Shown one piece after another: positions 34,548 through 46,100 of a stretch of DNA of 64,000 nucleotides; within the stretch, counting starts at the first letter, position 1; each line of letters starts with the position of its first letter. Both the position numbers and the translations under genes were made by a program. The DNA comes from Naegleria gruberi (lineage: Eukaryota): assembly GCA_000004985.1 (NCBI GenBank), contig GG738918.1; one strand, written 5' to 3'. The notes below the pieces were generated by a model, which saw nothing but the letters and a program-made list of their open reading frames with translations, was not told the DNA's origin and searched no databases.

Positions 34548-35935
34548 ATGAATGAAGAAGAAACAAGCCCAACCGTCCTATCATTTGATCCATCATCTTG
34601 TGATCAAAAAGTTGCTTTAAGCTTGCTGAATCAGCAAGATGATTTAATGATTAGTGTATTTGAGTTTTTCTTTGGATCGGAAATATTAATACAAATAAGA
34701 TTGGTGTGTAAAGAGTGGTATCAATTATCTACAAAGGTTCCTCTCTATTTTCATTCATCTCCTCCCGATTATGATTTGGATACATTGGCTCTCTGTGAAC
34801 ATCTTACCCATCAAAATGAATTTACAAATATTGCATCAATTATTTGTTGTTCGCATCATTGGGGTAAGTAATCACATAAATTTTAATATATTTATGCAGG
34901 ACATGTATAATTGATTTAATTGATTGATATTTATTAGGAGAGATGAATGAGGAGAAGATGCAAATATTTTCACATCCACATTGCTCCAGAATGAAACGAT
35001 TAATTATTGGTCTGCAAGATTTAAAGATCTTTAATTCTAATCTCTCTAATTTGACTGATCTTGACCTGTACGAAACAAATTTAGATATGGAAGGCATAGA
35101 TAAATTGATTCAATTGAAACATTTGACTAGATTGAACATTCAATATAGTTCTGCCGATAGTTGTGAACCAATACTTGCAATGTTTGCAAATACTAATTGG
35201 AAAAAATTGAAATCACTAAACTTGCTTGCATTAATAGTGAAAGAGAAAAAAGTGCCATTAATCAAAGACGTTGAAATTGTTCCCTGTGGATTCAAACCAG
35301 AGCTAGAAAAGCTGGTCCTTGCAGAAAGTCAAATCTCTGGAAATTTGCTTAAACATCTTCTTAATTGTGAGATTCTATCAAATTTACAAATCTTGGACTT
35401 GAGCTACTTGTGCTTTGTATACAGCAATTCATCTATTCATAATTTAGATGGAGTACTTGCAATTGCCAACTCTAAATGCTTGAAAAATTTGAGGATTTTA
35501 AAATTGTATCAATCTTATATGGACAGTGATTGTATTAAACTAATTGCTGAGAGAGGATGTCAGACACTTCCTAATCTTCAATCATTGGATTTGCGAATGG
35601 GCCAACTTGGAGATGAATCATTTGAGAAAATTATGGAATATGAATTTATGCAAAATTTGGAATTATTATTTGTCATGTTGAGTGCAGAAAATAACAATTC
35701 TTACTTTTTGACCACTGTTTCTGCAAAGGCAATACTAAAGAATTCAAAGAAAATGAAGAAATCTCTATATGAAGCATATGAATATTATGTTCATGTAGGT
35801 GGCATTATTGATATTGAGAGAGATTATCAAAATTATCAAGTGGAAGAAGGTCCAAAATTGTTAGGAGCCATCGTTAATCATGGAAGTGATTGGGACTATG
35901 GTGTTGATGAACTAGAATTGTTATCCGAATCATAG
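34548..35935 (+). CDS. F-box + leucine-rich-repeat protein, 2 exons (intron 34864..34937)
   Basis: Exon 1 (34548..34863) has the F-box LSLLNQQDDLMISVFEFFFGSEILIQIRLVCKEWYQLS. Donor is TGG G|GTAAGT and acceptor TTATTAG|GA, phase 1. Exon 2 (34938..35935) has LRR units of the cysteine-containing FBXL type (LTDLDLYETNLD..., LQILDLSYLCF...). Confidence 0.65.
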
Positions 35936-36101
35936 TTTATTCATTTCCAAAAATCAATAATATTATTGAAACTTGTGAACTGATTCATTCCACTTTCGAA
36001 TAATCTTGATTAATGGATACACTAGGATAATGTGGAATTGAAAAATATTCATCTGATAGGATATACTCTTCGAATGGTATCTCCAGAGTGGCAGCATTCT
36101 C

Positions 36102-37199
36102 TCAAACATCAATGCAAACAAGAAATTTTAAAGAGGTTAGTGATGTTAATAATGTGACTCCTTCAGCACCAATTCTATTGTTACCAATATCAAGTGATGT
36201 CAATTGTTTCATTTCACTTATGAATTTGACTCCTTCAGCACCAATTTGATTTGCAGAAGCAGCAAGTGATGTTAATTGTTTAAGTTCACTTATTGATTCA
36301 GCTCCTTTTACACCAATTTGATTCGCAGAAATAGCAAGTGATGTTAATTGTTTAAGTTCACTTATTGATTTGGCTCCTTCATCACCGATTTGATTCGCAG
36401 AAATATAGAGTAATGTTAATTGTTCCAGTTCACTTATTGATTTGGCTCCTTCATCACCAATTTGATTTAGACAAATATCAAGTGATGTTAATTGTTTCAT
36501 TTCACTTATTGAATTAGCTCCTTTTACACCAATTCCATTATAGCATATATCAACTGATGTTAATCGCTTCATTTCACTTATGAATTTGACTCCTTCATCA
36601 CCAATTTGATTTAGACCAATATAAAGTACTGTTAATTGTTTCATTTCACTTATTGATTTGGCTCCTTCGTTACCAAATTTGTTGCTACCAATATTAAGTG
36701 ATGTTAATTGTTTCATTCCACTTATGAAATTGGCTCCTTTATCACCAATTTCATTGTTAGAAATATTAAGTGATGTTAATTGCTTCATTTCACTAATTGA
36801 TTTAGCTCCCTCTACACCAACTTGATTACAATAAATATCAAGTAATGTTAATTGTTTCATTTCACTTATAAATTTGAGTTTTTCTATGGGTTGAAGCAAC
36901 CAACAAGAAAATTTAACATTGACAATACTATTCACGAATTGACTTTTCATGCATAATTCAATTCTTTTTTCTGTAAGATTCTTTTTAAATTGAATGACAA
37001 GTTTTGCTCGTTCCTTGATCACATGAAAGAATTGTTTTGAAATTAGAGAACAATTTTGCAAAATAAAACACGAATCATCAATCATGGAAATGATTTCAAA
37101 ACAAACATCATCCGAAAATATAACATCATTGGAAAATACTTGTCGTTGGAGTTTTTGCAATTTTTGCACAAGATTTTTCTGATTTGGTGCCTCTTTCAA
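36102..37199 (-). CDS. F-box-like + RNI-type LRR protein (paralog family A); N-terminal region appears frameshifted relative to an upstream ATG at 37269
   Basis: Near-identical 24-aa repeats NQIGDEGAKSISELKQLTSL. The N-terminal block VFSNDVIFSDDVCFEIISMIDDSCFILQNCSLISKQFFHVIKERAKLVI is almost identical to the 58436..59587 gene. The in-frame start is non-ATG. MSQLERQENDDQLIN, starting at the ATG at 37269, resembles the paralog N-terminus, but it is in the -1 frame and hits TAA. Confidence 0.6.
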   Translation of the reverse strand: MKEAPNQKNLVQKLQKLQRQVFSNDVIFSDDVCFEIISMIDDSCFILQNCSLISKQFFHVIKERAKLVIQFKKNLTEKRIELCMKSQFVNSIVNVKFSCWLLQPIEKLKFISEMKQLTLLDIYCNQVGVEGAKSISEMKQLTSLNISNNEIGDKGANFISGMKQLTSLNIGSNKFGNEGAKSISEMKQLTVLYIGLNQIGDEGVKFISEMKRLTSVDICYNGIGVKGANSISEMKQLTSLDICLNQIGDEGAKSISELEQLTLLYISANQIGDEGAKSISELKQLTSLAISANQIGVKGAESISELKQLTSLAASANQIGAEGVKFISEMKQLTSLDIGNNRIGAEGVTLLTSLTSLKFLVCIDV

Positions 37200-37478
37200 A
37201 GTATTACTGGTGATCTGCAGCCGTATTAATTAATTGGTCATCGTTTTCTTGTCTTTCTAGTTGGCTCATTTTTTTTGAGTTTTTCGCGCGCAAACTTTGT
37301 GGAACATTGTAAAATATTGTAAACTATTGTAAAATCATATTAACAATTATTAAGAACCCTGACTGTACATATTGTAAAAGACAACATGCTACAAACCAAG
37401 TTCATGATGCTAAACTGAAAACAGAAAGATGTCGACTGTCAATGTGTGGTTTCCAAATAGCAAAAAAAATACACCAAG

Positions 37479-39249
37479 ATGAAGTTAGTTTCGCCACTGA
37501 TGAAAAAGTCCATCAATCAATCTCTGCTTCCACACTTGGAGATTCATCTTAGGTGTGCAAAGAATTTACCAGCCATGGATATTGGTGGAAAGAGTGATGG
37601 TTTCGTTGTCTTTTCTATTGGAAACGAAAGTGTAGGTTTTAATTAGATTCCTTGTGTGATGACGTTTGACAATTAGGTAAAATCAACAGTTGTGGAGGCT
37701 AATTTAAATCCAGTTTGGAGTGATAGAATGTTATTGGGTATTCCAAATGGTGATAAATTGACAGTAAGTTTCGTCAAATGTTTCGTATATTAATTCAGTA
37801 CAGAGTTTTGATCAATTAGTTCTAAAAGTTCAAGTTTTTGACAAGGATTTACTCACCAAGAATGATTTAATCTCAGAATTCACTCTCTCATTCAAAGAAT
37901 TCAAAAGTGAAGGTCTCCCATTAGAAAAGATTGTTTCATTACCTGGAACAGAATGTCAAAAAAAGAATAGCACACTTGATTTCTCAATTACTTGTCAAAA
38001 TTTCAATCAAATTGCAAATGCCAACAAACCAATCATTGCCAATCATTATCAAGTGATCATGGAGAAGAAAATTGAAGCAATTCAAGCTAAATTTGAGGAC
38101 AGTAATATTCAATTCATTGGATCCAGAGAGGATATTCAACAACGAATTGAGGCAGCTAAGAAGGAAGATGCTTGGTTCAAGTGTGGAAATAAGGTTGGTC
38201 TATCACCTGGTTTGGAGATTTGGAGAATTGAAAAATTCAAAGTTGTTCCAGTTCCAAAAGAAACCTATGGTCAATTTTATGATGGTATGTTTCGAATAGT
38301 TTGAGGAGATTCTGATAATTGAAAATTTATAGGTGATAGTTATATTATTCTTCATACATACAAGAAGGAAAATGCACTCTATTGGAATATTCACTTTTGG
38401 TTAGGATTAAATACTAGTATTGATGAGATGGGTGTTGCTGCCTATAAAACTGTTGAATTGGATGATTTATTGGGTGGATCTCCAGTTGAGTTCAGAGAAG
38501 TTCAAGGAAATGAGAGTGATGAATTCTTGGCCTTATTCCCAAAGGGCATTCGTATCTTGTCTGGAGGTATGGAAACTGGATTCCGTAATGTGAAACCAGA
38601 AGAATATGAACCACGTCTCTTACAAGTTAAGGGAAAGAAAAACATTAAGGTCACTGAAGTTCCTCTCTTATTTTCCTCACTCAATCAAGGTGATTGTTTC
38701 TTATTGGATGCTGGATTAAAATTATTGCTATGGGAAGGAAGTTCTTGCTCGAATATGGAAAGATTCAAGGTTAATCAATTGGCCCAATCGATTCAATCTG
38801 AAAGAGGAGAGAAACCAGTGCTCATTATTGCAAAGGATAAGGCCAGTTCCAATACTTCTGAATTGACATTCCTATATTCATTACTCAAGGGTGATGAAAA
38901 GGATATCAAGACAGCTCTTGAAGGTGGAAACGATGAAGAAAAGCAATCAGCCAAACTCTCCAAACCTGTCGTTTATAAATTGAGCGACAGCAGTGGCAAG
39001 ATGGAATTCACTAAAATGCAAGGAAATTTCATATTTTCTGATTTGAAGAGTCAGGATGCCTTCATTGTCGATGCAGGATATAAGGTTTTCACATGGATTG
39101 GAAAGGGCTCGAGTCAAAATGAAAGAAAATATGCCAATGACTTTGCTGTGACCTATTTGAGAAATAATGGAAAATCTTTGAGAACTCAAATTAGTAGAGT
39201 AAGTGAAGGAAACGAAACATCAACTTTCCTAGAAGTTTTCAATATTTAA
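37479..39249 (+). CDS. C2-domain + gelsolin/severin-like (3 gelsolin repeats) actin-binding protein, 4 exons
   Basis: Exon 1 is 37479..37631 (...[32 protein letters not shown]|GTAGGT). Exon 2 is 37677..37763 ([29 protein letters not shown]|GTAAGT). Exon 3 is 37804..38284 ([26 protein letters not shown]..., then [26 protein letters not shown]|GTATGT). Exon 4 is 38333..39249 ([12 protein letters not shown]...[28 protein letters not shown]...). The exon 3 acceptor (CAG at 37803) is the only canonical phase-consistent choice. Confidence 0.7.
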
Positions 39250-39278
39250 ACCTGTTATAGATTTATAAAAAAGAATAT

Positions 39279-40979
39279 TTACAAGGAGGCGAATACTTTT
39301 CTCACAAAATTTCCATTTACAAACATTGGAGAAGAAGATGAAATATATAATCCATCATATTCTAACTCAAATCTTCTCTGAATCCAAATATTTACAATTC
39401 CTCTATCTTGCCATGCGACATTTTGTTTCCCCTTGTTGGCATGTCTATCTGAAAGATAACCAGAGGAAAGAGCTGCCACTTCTGATAAATCTTCCTTGAT
39501 TGTTGATTTTCCAGATTCCCAATAGTACAGACAATGACCATTTCGTTCCACACACTTTCGAATAAAAAGTGAATCGATTGGAGGAATGAACGAAAGTACT
39601 AATTGAGGATTTTTCTCCACAATATCAAGAACAAACCCTTCATCCTCCATAAATTCATTTTCCAAAGATTTCAACTTTCCAGTGCTTGCATATTTTACAA
39701 TTATCTCCTTATCCTTTTTTAGTCTTTCACTAATGTGAGAAAACATTCCTGGAAAAAGTTCAATATTTTTCATAACGAATTCCTTGTCGTCTCTTAATCT
39801 ATCGGAAGCATACTCAAAATTAATTGATGACTGTTGCATTAAGGCACACGAAACGACCTGTTCGTCATCCCTTAATCTTTCAGAAGTTTCGGATAATCTA
39901 TTCGAGGGAAATTTCAGACATTCCAAAACAAATTCCTTGTCGTCTTTGAGAATTGGTGGTGCATCTCTAAGGGTATGTCTGTAAGTTGTTAAAGAATTCA
40001 ATAAAAATTGTCTTTCCGATCGTAACTCCAAATCTTTGCAAGTTTCGAATGCTTTTGCATCATATTTAACCCATTCCATTCGAAACTCTCTACTTTGCTT
40101 CAAAGATTGTGGTATGAATACCCTTACATTAGGTAACAATTTCAAAACAAATTCTTGATCTATTTTTACCGAATCAGGTAAATATTTAAATAAGGAAGGT
40201 TTCGTTTTCACACCACTCAAAACTAAACTCTTAATATCTTCCACAGAATATTTTAAGAGTTCTTTTCTAACAAGAACTCTTTCAATTATTGAATCACTTG
40301 CATACTGTAGTGTTGTCTTATCTTTTGTAATGGCTCTCAAAACAATCTCTTCATCATTCCTAAATAAATCTTTCGAATATTTCAGAGCTTGGGGATTATG
40401 CTCAATTACAGAAATATGAAAATCTCTATCACAAGGAATAAACCTTAATAGTGAAATATTCTTTTTACAAGCTTTCTTAAGCAATTCAATGTCAAATCCA
40501 TCAATTTTTATCAAGTATCGAATAATTTCTGGATTCAACTCTACCAACCGATTCAATTTTAAATCTTTGGGTATATATTCCTTCTCCTCTTGTTTTTCTC
40601 GTTGTAAAAATCGAAAAGTTTGATAATTTTCTTGAATCGCTCGCTCAATAAATGAAATTTTACATTTCCAAGTTTCGTCCAAACTCGAGAATAAATAATC
40701 AAATTCATGATCACTCTTTCCTCTCAAAAAAAAGAAAACAAACTCTTCATCGGCACCTTCTTTTAACAATAAATGTTTTAACAGAGGAGGATATTTCATC
40801 AAGACATGACAATCCCTCAGAAACTCCACTGGAATCAGATAAATATTCGAATATTTTCCACTCAATATTTCTTCCCGTTTCCGACAATATTTAGTGAAGG
40901 CACTTGTTTGCCGAGTGTATTTTCCCAGCAGTAACTTGGATCTGAAACTCATGTCCAGAAACAAGATGGTTTCGTCCAT
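39279..40979 (-). CDS. DUF4116-repeat protein (566 aa)
   Basis: Repeated units of the type ASDRLRDDKEFVMKNI / TSERLRDDEQVVSCAL / ISERLKKDKEIIVKYA, the same repeat family as the 1874..2748 gene. True ATG at 40979. Confidence 0.65.
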   Translation of the reverse strand: MDETILFLDMSFRSKLLLGKYTRQTSAFTKYCRKREEILSGKYSNIYLIPVEFLRDCHVLMKYPPLLKHLLLKEGADEEFVFFFLRGKSDHEFDYLFSSLDETWKCKISFIERAIQENYQTFRFLQREKQEEKEYIPKDLKLNRLVELNPEIIRYLIKIDGFDIELLKKACKKNISLLRFIPCDRDFHISVIEHNPQALKYSKDLFRNDEEIVLRAITKDKTTLQYASDSIIERVLVRKELLKYSVEDIKSLVLSGVKTKPSLFKYLPDSVKIDQEFVLKLLPNVRVFIPQSLKQSREFRMEWVKYDAKAFETCKDLELRSERQFLLNSLTTYRHTLRDAPPILKDDKEFVLECLKFPSNRLSETSERLRDDEQVVSCALMQQSSINFEYASDRLRDDKEFVMKNIELFPGMFSHISERLKKDKEIIVKYASTGKLKSLENEFMEDEGFVLDIVEKNPQLVLSFIPPIDSLFIRKCVERNGHCLYYWESGKSTIKEDLSEVAALSSGYLSDRHANKGKQNVAWQDRGIVNIWIQRRFELEYDGLYISSSSPMFVNGNFVRKVFASL

Positions 40980-41165
40980 TTTTTAATTTTAATTTTTTAT
41001 TGGAATTAAACAATGTCTTGATTATTGATCTGGTTATTATTGGTTGATAATATCTTTTCAAGATGTTGGAATTTTCCTTTTCAAAAAGGATTTTGTTTTC
41101 TTCCAAATATCTGTCACGCAATATTCATCCAATAATTTCCAAAATCCACACTCAAATAAATTCAA

Positions 41166-41510
41166 CTATTTCTTCTCAATTTCAGAAGAAACAACAGTTA
41201 AAGTAGCAGCATTCATAATGCTATCCATTTTCATTCTTGTTTTCTTCTCTGATTGACTTTCTCCTGAAGCATAAAATTCAAACAAGTATCCTTCATAGGC
41301 TTTGTATTTATCCATTGCCTTGTATGATGAAGAAGATGACGAATGAACAGTATCCCTCATCCATGATGGAATTTCATTCATTTGACCTTCGGGAATGATG
41401 TAAATTTCCAAAGCTCCACCTCTATCAATTTTTACATATTGAATGTGATACTCGGGATGAGCATCCTTGCACCGACGTACAAATCCTTCAAGTTTGTTAG
41501 TTTTGTACAC
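41166..41510 (-). CDS. Hypothetical small protein, terminal exon; 5' exon(s) probably near 41620-41717 but splice/frame unresolved
   Basis: ORF (G)PPVYKTNKLEGFVRRCKDAHPEYHIQYVKIDRGGALEIYIIPEGQ... is preceded by a TGAATAG acceptor-like site. Upstream lie an ATG at 41717 and a GAG|GTACGA donor at about 41621. I could not join them in a consistent phase without crossing a TGA. Confidence 0.3.
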   Translation of the reverse strand: MYKTNKLEGFVRRCKDAHPEYHIQYVKIDRGGALEIYIIPEGQMNEIPSWMRDTVHSSSSSSYKAMDKYKAYEGYLFEFYASGESQSEKKTRMKMDSIMNAATLTVVSSEIEKK

Positions 41511-41837
41511 CGGTGGCCCACCTATTCACATTAATTATATAATATTAATATATATATATATTAAATAATCACATGTTTAAATATTTAAACAAATTAATGA
41601 ATTTTTGATATTCGTACCTCAGCAAGCAGTTCGTCCATATCGGACGAGAACAAGAGGAAATGACTTGAATAAATCATCATCCTCTTGAAAAGTGTTGGAA
41701 GTGGCACTTTGTGACATTTTTTTTAAAGATGTTTTTGAGATCTATTTTAGGAATCTTAATTGATGATTGGTTTTCATTGTAAGCGGCGAAATTATTGACT
41801 TACAATACTTGATAACTAGCATAAGAAAGTAGGTAAA

Positions 41838-42711
41838 TTAGTATTCATCAGGTTCCTGTTCTAAATAACCATCCAAATAGTAAACAAATGGTTGGAAATC
41901 TGAGGCAATTGGCAGTTGACCATAATGATCAAATACTTGATCGTTTGGTAAAGAAACATTAGGATCTAAACATTTACAATAGGATGCACCCTGACCACAC
42001 GAATCTGAAAATATCTTCAAAAGTAAATACACCTTTTCCTTGTCAATGGCAAAACCCTCTAGCTCAGAACTTGAAGCAATAGAACAGTACTTGAAAGAGT
42101 CAAAATTGAATTGATCAACCATTCTTGAAAATCCATCATGAACACAATAAAACTTGGATAATGAGTGTGGTAGTGTCCATTCTCCTTGGTAATCACTCTT
42201 CACTTGCATACCAAATGTTTGAGGATTACAAAACTTGCCTCTCCATAACTCTATCTTTTCCTCAAATTGAGCTACATATAATAATATCCAATTTCCATTC
42301 ATACAGACCACATAGAGATCCTTAATTCTCTCCTGTAATTGTTCCACAATTGGTGGATATTCCAATGGCTGCCAAATTCTAGAAATAATCGATTGGATAT
42401 CATTGGCCTCATCTGATCGAAGATAAATATCAAAAGGTGATGGAATACTTCCAATCTTGGCAAATATCGTCAATTTCCCTCTCTTCCTCAAGAGCCTCTT
42501 CTTGTTGTTGACAAGTTTCTAGACACGATGAAGAAACCATCATGAAATTGAATAAATCTTGAAAGGATAAATATTTGATAATCTCCAATAAACATGGAAG
42601 GATGATATTCAGTGCTGGAGCATGATGTTGTTGTGTTGTTGTTGTTGGTGATGATGTTTTTCTCTTCTTTTGTTGGATAGAAGAATCGGATGATTGTTCT
42701 AATCTCTTCAT
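41838..42711 (-). CDS. F-box protein; two ORFs (42430..42711 and 41838..42491) offset by one frame
   Basis: The N-terminal ORF has the F-box ILPCLLEIIKYLSFQDLFNFMMVSSSCLE. The C-terminal 217 aa ORF continues in the +1 frame with a ~60-nt overlap. No canonical intron resolves this, so it is either a pseudogene, a sequencing indel, or an unusual splice. Confidence 0.4.
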
Positions 42712-43194
42712 GATATTTTTTTTAATGTTGTTGTTATTAGTATCCAGTATTTACTAGTTTTCTAGTTTGGTGTGGAATAAAACAAGAAAAGACATGGTTC
42801 AATTATTGTTATTTGTTTAAATTTGAAATATATGTAACGGTTTTCTAAAGTGCCAAGAAATCACCTCGCTTATTAACCGTTTAAAAAAAAATTAATAAAA
42901 ATCTCAACAAAATTAATTACTTCCAGTTCATCATGAGTATTATTATTATTTCCAACTAATTTTAAGTTTAATATTATTTTTCAATTTTCATCATGTAACC
43001 CCACAAGAAGGATAACAACAATTCATGACCACCACCTCCAATTCCGGATGTTACCAACAAACATAGCACGATTACTATTTTACCTCATTCCGAAGATATA
43101 AAGTGTTGCTTGGATATTTATCAACACATCAATCGCACACAAGTTTTTGAAGATACACGATGTCAACAGGACGCTAAACAAATATCATCAAAAA

Positions 43195-46100
43195 ATGTTT
43201 GAAAGTGTTGTTGCCAAAGTATTGACAGCAACTCTTGGTGATTACATTGAAAATTTAGATAAACAATCATTGTCGGTTGGTGTGTGGAATGGTAAATTTA
43301 AACTGACAGATTTGATTGTTAAAAGATCGGCACTTGATTTGTTGGATTTACCTTTTTCTGTTGTGAATGGAACTGTTGGTTTGATTGAAGCTGATATACC
43401 ATGGAAGAGTATTTCAACTTCATCAATTAAAGTTCGATTGAGTGATATCATGTTGGTGGTTCAACCGAGGAGGTGTGAAAAAATTGATGAGACAAGTGAA
43501 AGGAAGAGACAACGAATGGTGAAACAGAGAAAGTTAACACAATATGAATTGAGAAGAAAATCAGAGAATGAAGTTTCGAATGCTGCAAGCCAAGCAACAA
43601 CAACAAATCAAACAGAAGAAACCAATGAAAAGAATGAAAAGAACGAAAAGAAACAAGAAGGATTTGTGTCAAGGTTGACTGAAACCATTATTAATAATCT
43701 TCAGATTGAGATTAATAATATTCACGTTAGATATGAAGATGATTCTGATGAAAGATTCAAAGTGGTTATGGGAGCAACACTTGAATCTCTTTCCATGTCA
43801 AGTTGTGATGTCAATTGGCAGGAATCTTTCTTGGCCACAACAGCAAAAACCTTTTTTAAAAAGCTTACATTGAGAAACTTATCAGTTTACATGAATAATA
43901 ATGAAACTGAATTGTTTTCATTGATGAAGAATGATTTGGATAATAGAAAATTCATTGAACACATGAGAAATATCATTGTGGAGAAGAAGAATTATAGGAG
44001 ATTTGTTTTGAGTCCAGTGAATGGAGAGTTATTGTTATGTATGCAGAAGGATGAAGCTTTGGATTTAGAAAGGCCAAGAATTAGTGCCGAGTTGAGGTTA
44101 GAATCGGTGAATGCAACACTGGACGAAAGGCAGTACAGAAATATTCAGTCAACTCTGGATTATATTACTCAGTTTATGGAAAAACCATTCGATAGACCAA
44201 TGTTTAATTCTCAAAACGAATGTCAACAATATTTATCTCAATCAACGGATGAGAAAGTTACCCAATTCAAAAATTACATGCTCATGTTCAAGAGGAGTAA
44301 GAAAGTGGCCTGGCTACAACCATTAACAAAAGATGAAGCTGAAAAATTATTGGAATTGGAAGATTTCATCCATGTTGATGACATTATGAAACTGAGAGAG
44401 GCAGCTTATCTTGAAATTCAAATTGAGGAACAAAAGTACAAACAAAAGAAGAAGGAATCAAGCTATTGGTCCAAGTGGTTCGGTTCAATTGATAAGACTA
44501 TTGAAGTTACCGAAGAGGATCGAGTGGAATTTTCCAAGCTATTTGGATTGGAAGAAGATAAGGGGCCATCTTTTATTCTTCCTCCACATTTTGTGAATTT
44601 TGCTCTTAAAGTTAAGATTAACACTATTGGAGTCAAGCTAAGGAATGCATCAACCAGAACTGCAGCACCTGATTCGGTTGCAGTATTTGAATTGACTCAA
44701 TTATTGGTCGATTTCAAGTTAAGAGTGGAGGGTTTTAATGTAGAGGTGAGTCTTGGAGGTGTATCCGGAGTTGACAATTTCTCTACAAGAAACGAACAGA
44801 GCATTTCAGAATATTACAACTTTGTCAAAACCAATTCTGTTGGAAATTTTGTCGAGTTTAAAATGGACTCTAATCCTATGAACGGAGTGGAGCAGATGGA
44901 TTGCAAGGTTGGCAATTTGAATGTGGTGTTGAATCTTTCTCTCATTCAAAAGATGTTGTCTATTTTCATTCTACCAAAATATTTACAAAGAAGTCAATTT
45001 ACAGCACCTTCATTACCAGATACTTTGAAAATTACAAAAAAGATACTCAATGCTGAGCTAGATAGTATTAGTGTAATCATTCCTGATACTCTTTCAGGTA
45101 AAGAATACTTTCAAGCTCATTTAGGACATTCTAAATTGACCAAAATTAATGAAAAGATTGATATTTCATTGACACCTATCAAATTGTTACACATTGGAGA
45201 AGCAGAGGATTTCACCATTATTCAGCCAACTGATTTCTCAATTTCTATGGTACAGACAATTGATCAAAATTTAATAGATGTCAAGTCCACTCCATTAATG
45301 GTTGATGTTAATCCTCAAGTGGTGACTCAATTGGTTCGGTTAGGAGATACTGTTTCTCATTTCACCAACAATCCATTCGGTTCTTCAAAGGAGAGTATTC
45401 TCATTGTAAATAATGTGCAAATGAAATTACCAAAACAAGAGGAACTTTCGTCAGCTCATATCCAATTACATGACGATGGTAGATTGTTAGTTTTCAAGGA
45501 AGAATCCAGTTTAGCTCCTTCACACAATATCTATTTCAACACTGTCCAATTCCATACGGAAACTAATAGTTTCAAAGTTGTGGATTTTGAATTTGTGCTT
45601 TCAAATGCAAAAACATTTGAAGAATGGAAGAAAAACTTGGAATCTCTATTGAACAAGAGCATTTCTAAAGCCCCACTTCCACCTGCCATAGAAACAATTG
45701 TAAATTTCAGTCTGGATAGTATCGTACTGAGAGCTCTGAATGATTCTTCATCGAGTGAAGTTGTTGCCATGGCACAAGCTAATGGGCTTCACACAAATGT
45801 ACTCGCGAGACCAAATGATAACCAGGTCAAGGTAACACTCCGAGAAATCACACTCCACGATGGAAATCAAAGAAAAATATTCTTCTCAGATCACAGTACG
45901 AATATTATTGAGATTAGTATTATTCTGTGCTCAAATAAGGAATCTGAATTTGCAAGCCAACATTCTTCTAAAATGTTCCTGAATATCAAGCTTTCAGATA
46001 TGAATTTGATTTTCAATACTGGAATTATCACAAAATTATTCCTATTTTCAAAGAAGATTAATTTTGAAAAGGAAAGTCCTATTGTAATGATTACAGAAGA

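Noticed and set aside
36150-36900. Periodic ~72-nt direct repeats, also at 58440..59230 and 9480..10400, that could look like a CRISPR array or satellite
   Set aside because: The repeats are in frame, inside long ORFs, and encode canonical 24-aa leucine-rich repeats (NQIGDEGAKSISEMKQLTSL). The units are contiguous with no spacers, and there are no cas genes; the genome is eukaryotic.
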